Source: Veleropilina oligotropha
Lineage: Eukaryota
Direction: 5' to 3'
DNA length: 64,000 bases
NCBI GenBank assembly: GCA_048128005.1
Contig: JBEUKZ010000130.1
Location: forward strand, 62,001-126,000
The position numbers and the translations under genes were made by a program. How positions within the stretch are numbered: the stretch's first letter is position 1; every line of letters starts with the position of its first letter. Below, piece after piece: positions 62,850 through 64,000 of the stretch. The notes below the pieces were generated by a model that saw only the letters and a list, made by a program, of their open reading frames with translations, had not been told where the DNA came from and did no database searches.

Positions 62850-63195
62850 TCTCTATATATAAAAGAGTAGAGTCTGTCTGTCTGTCTATCTGTCTGTCTG
62901 TCCGCTATCTCCTCCGTAACCACTGGGCCGATCCTCACCAAAGTTTGCATGTCAACTAAGGGTACCCAGGGGATGGTCTTGGCCGCAAAAAAAAATTAAT
63001 TTTGAAAAAAAAAGATAATTTTTAATTTTTAATTTTAGGCGAAAATATAAATTTTGCAAATTGTATGCAATTTGTAGTTGCCTCAAAATAAAGCAAAACA
63101 TTGTCAATTAATATGAGGGGCATAGCCCCTCCACTTGGGGCCGCAGGCCCCACGACGCTGAATTAGAGCTCCCGAAGGGAGCTCAATTCAGCTAG
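62850..63195 (+). mobile_element. Non-autonomous canonical Helitron
   Basis: A|TC start, (GTCT)n, subterminal hairpin GAGCTCCC-GAA-GGGAGCTC, CTAG|T end. Confidence 0.8.
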
Positions 63196-63372
63196 TAAAA
63201 ACATATTTTTGCTTGCCAGAGTTTTCACCAAAATTGACAGGTAGCCATTTTGTTTGCGTCCATGTGCTGACATGCGTTTTAAATGCATTTTATGATTAAA
63301 ACTTGGTAAATCATGACCAATATCACATCAAAAGGTATGTCTTTTAATTAGTTGCCATCATAGCGTCAATTC

Positions 63373-64000
63373 ATTAGGGCTTCTAGCCTTGAAAAGGCTG
63401 AAGGCCTATTGTAATTCAAGGAATTATTTTTATTTTGTGATTGTTTGTTCCTTACGTATCTCTGACCCTACAAATGTGATCCATTTCAGAATTCAGAAGT
63501 GGACAGGTATAATAGGGAACTCGTGTGAAACTGCAAAATTGACTTCCTTGGAATTGTGGTTTGGATGATATCTTGTATTTTTTTTAAAATGGACCTTTTT
63601 AAAAAATCTCCAAATCCGCCGATCAGGATATATTATCTAGACAATATGAAGAAATAAATTTGCACAGGAAAATTTCATCGGACGCAAAATAAGGTGGCTA
63701 CGGCTATTTCAATCTTTATAAAAAATTGAACTTTTGACATTTTTTATATCAGTTATAAATCTTATTCAGCTTTATCTATTCGTTTCAATGTTGACTGGGA
63801 GGGTTTATGCTTATGTTAAGTTATGTTTGCTGCATATAGGTCGTTGGTGCTTCTGGTAACGCCATAATTTTGAATTAATTAAAATAATTCGAACAGTTTT
63901 CTCGTTTATTGTTGCTCTGTTCGAAGTGAAAATCGGCATATGCTGACATCATTATAATCTCAATTGTTTTGCGAACGAAAACTTGTTAGCAAAAAGGCAT
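63373..64000 (+). mobile_element. 5' part of another Helentron-like element
   Basis: ATTAGGGCTTCTAGCCTT..AAGGCTGAAGGCCTATTG 5' hairpin; body is a diverged homologue of 24150-24650. Confidence 0.55.

Overview
This is AT-rich metazoan (invertebrate-type) genomic DNA dominated by transposable elements. One host gene is supported: mitochondrial single-stranded DNA-binding protein (SSBP1). It has five + strand coding exons (5265-5388, 40448-40567, 41425-41512, 42744-42832, 43305-43357); I could not find the ATG exon. Three + strand DIRS1-type tyrosine-recombinase retrotransposons are present: A (1-3950, cut by the window start), B (9324-16725) and a diverged, decayed C (16874-23759). B and C lie inside the ~35 kb SSBP1 intron. 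That intron also holds CR1/L2-type LINE fragments, a ~13.7 kb head-to-tail array of Helentron-like non-autonomous units and a Kolobok-like remnant. Downstream of SSBP1 is a nested complex: a tandem repeat interrupted by a hAT-like element with a 6-bp TSD, which contains a 14.2 kb IS3EU element, which in turn contains L2, SINE and Helentron-like insertions. The most interesting signals come from comparing DIRS A/B with C. A ~750-nt non-coding 3' region and a ~400-nt 5' leader keep base-paired stems through compensatory changes, including a candidate long-range loop pairing. Gag and the long recombinase ORF are in one frame, separated by a single conserved UAG. All alignments and pairings were made by eye; no database search or folding program was run.
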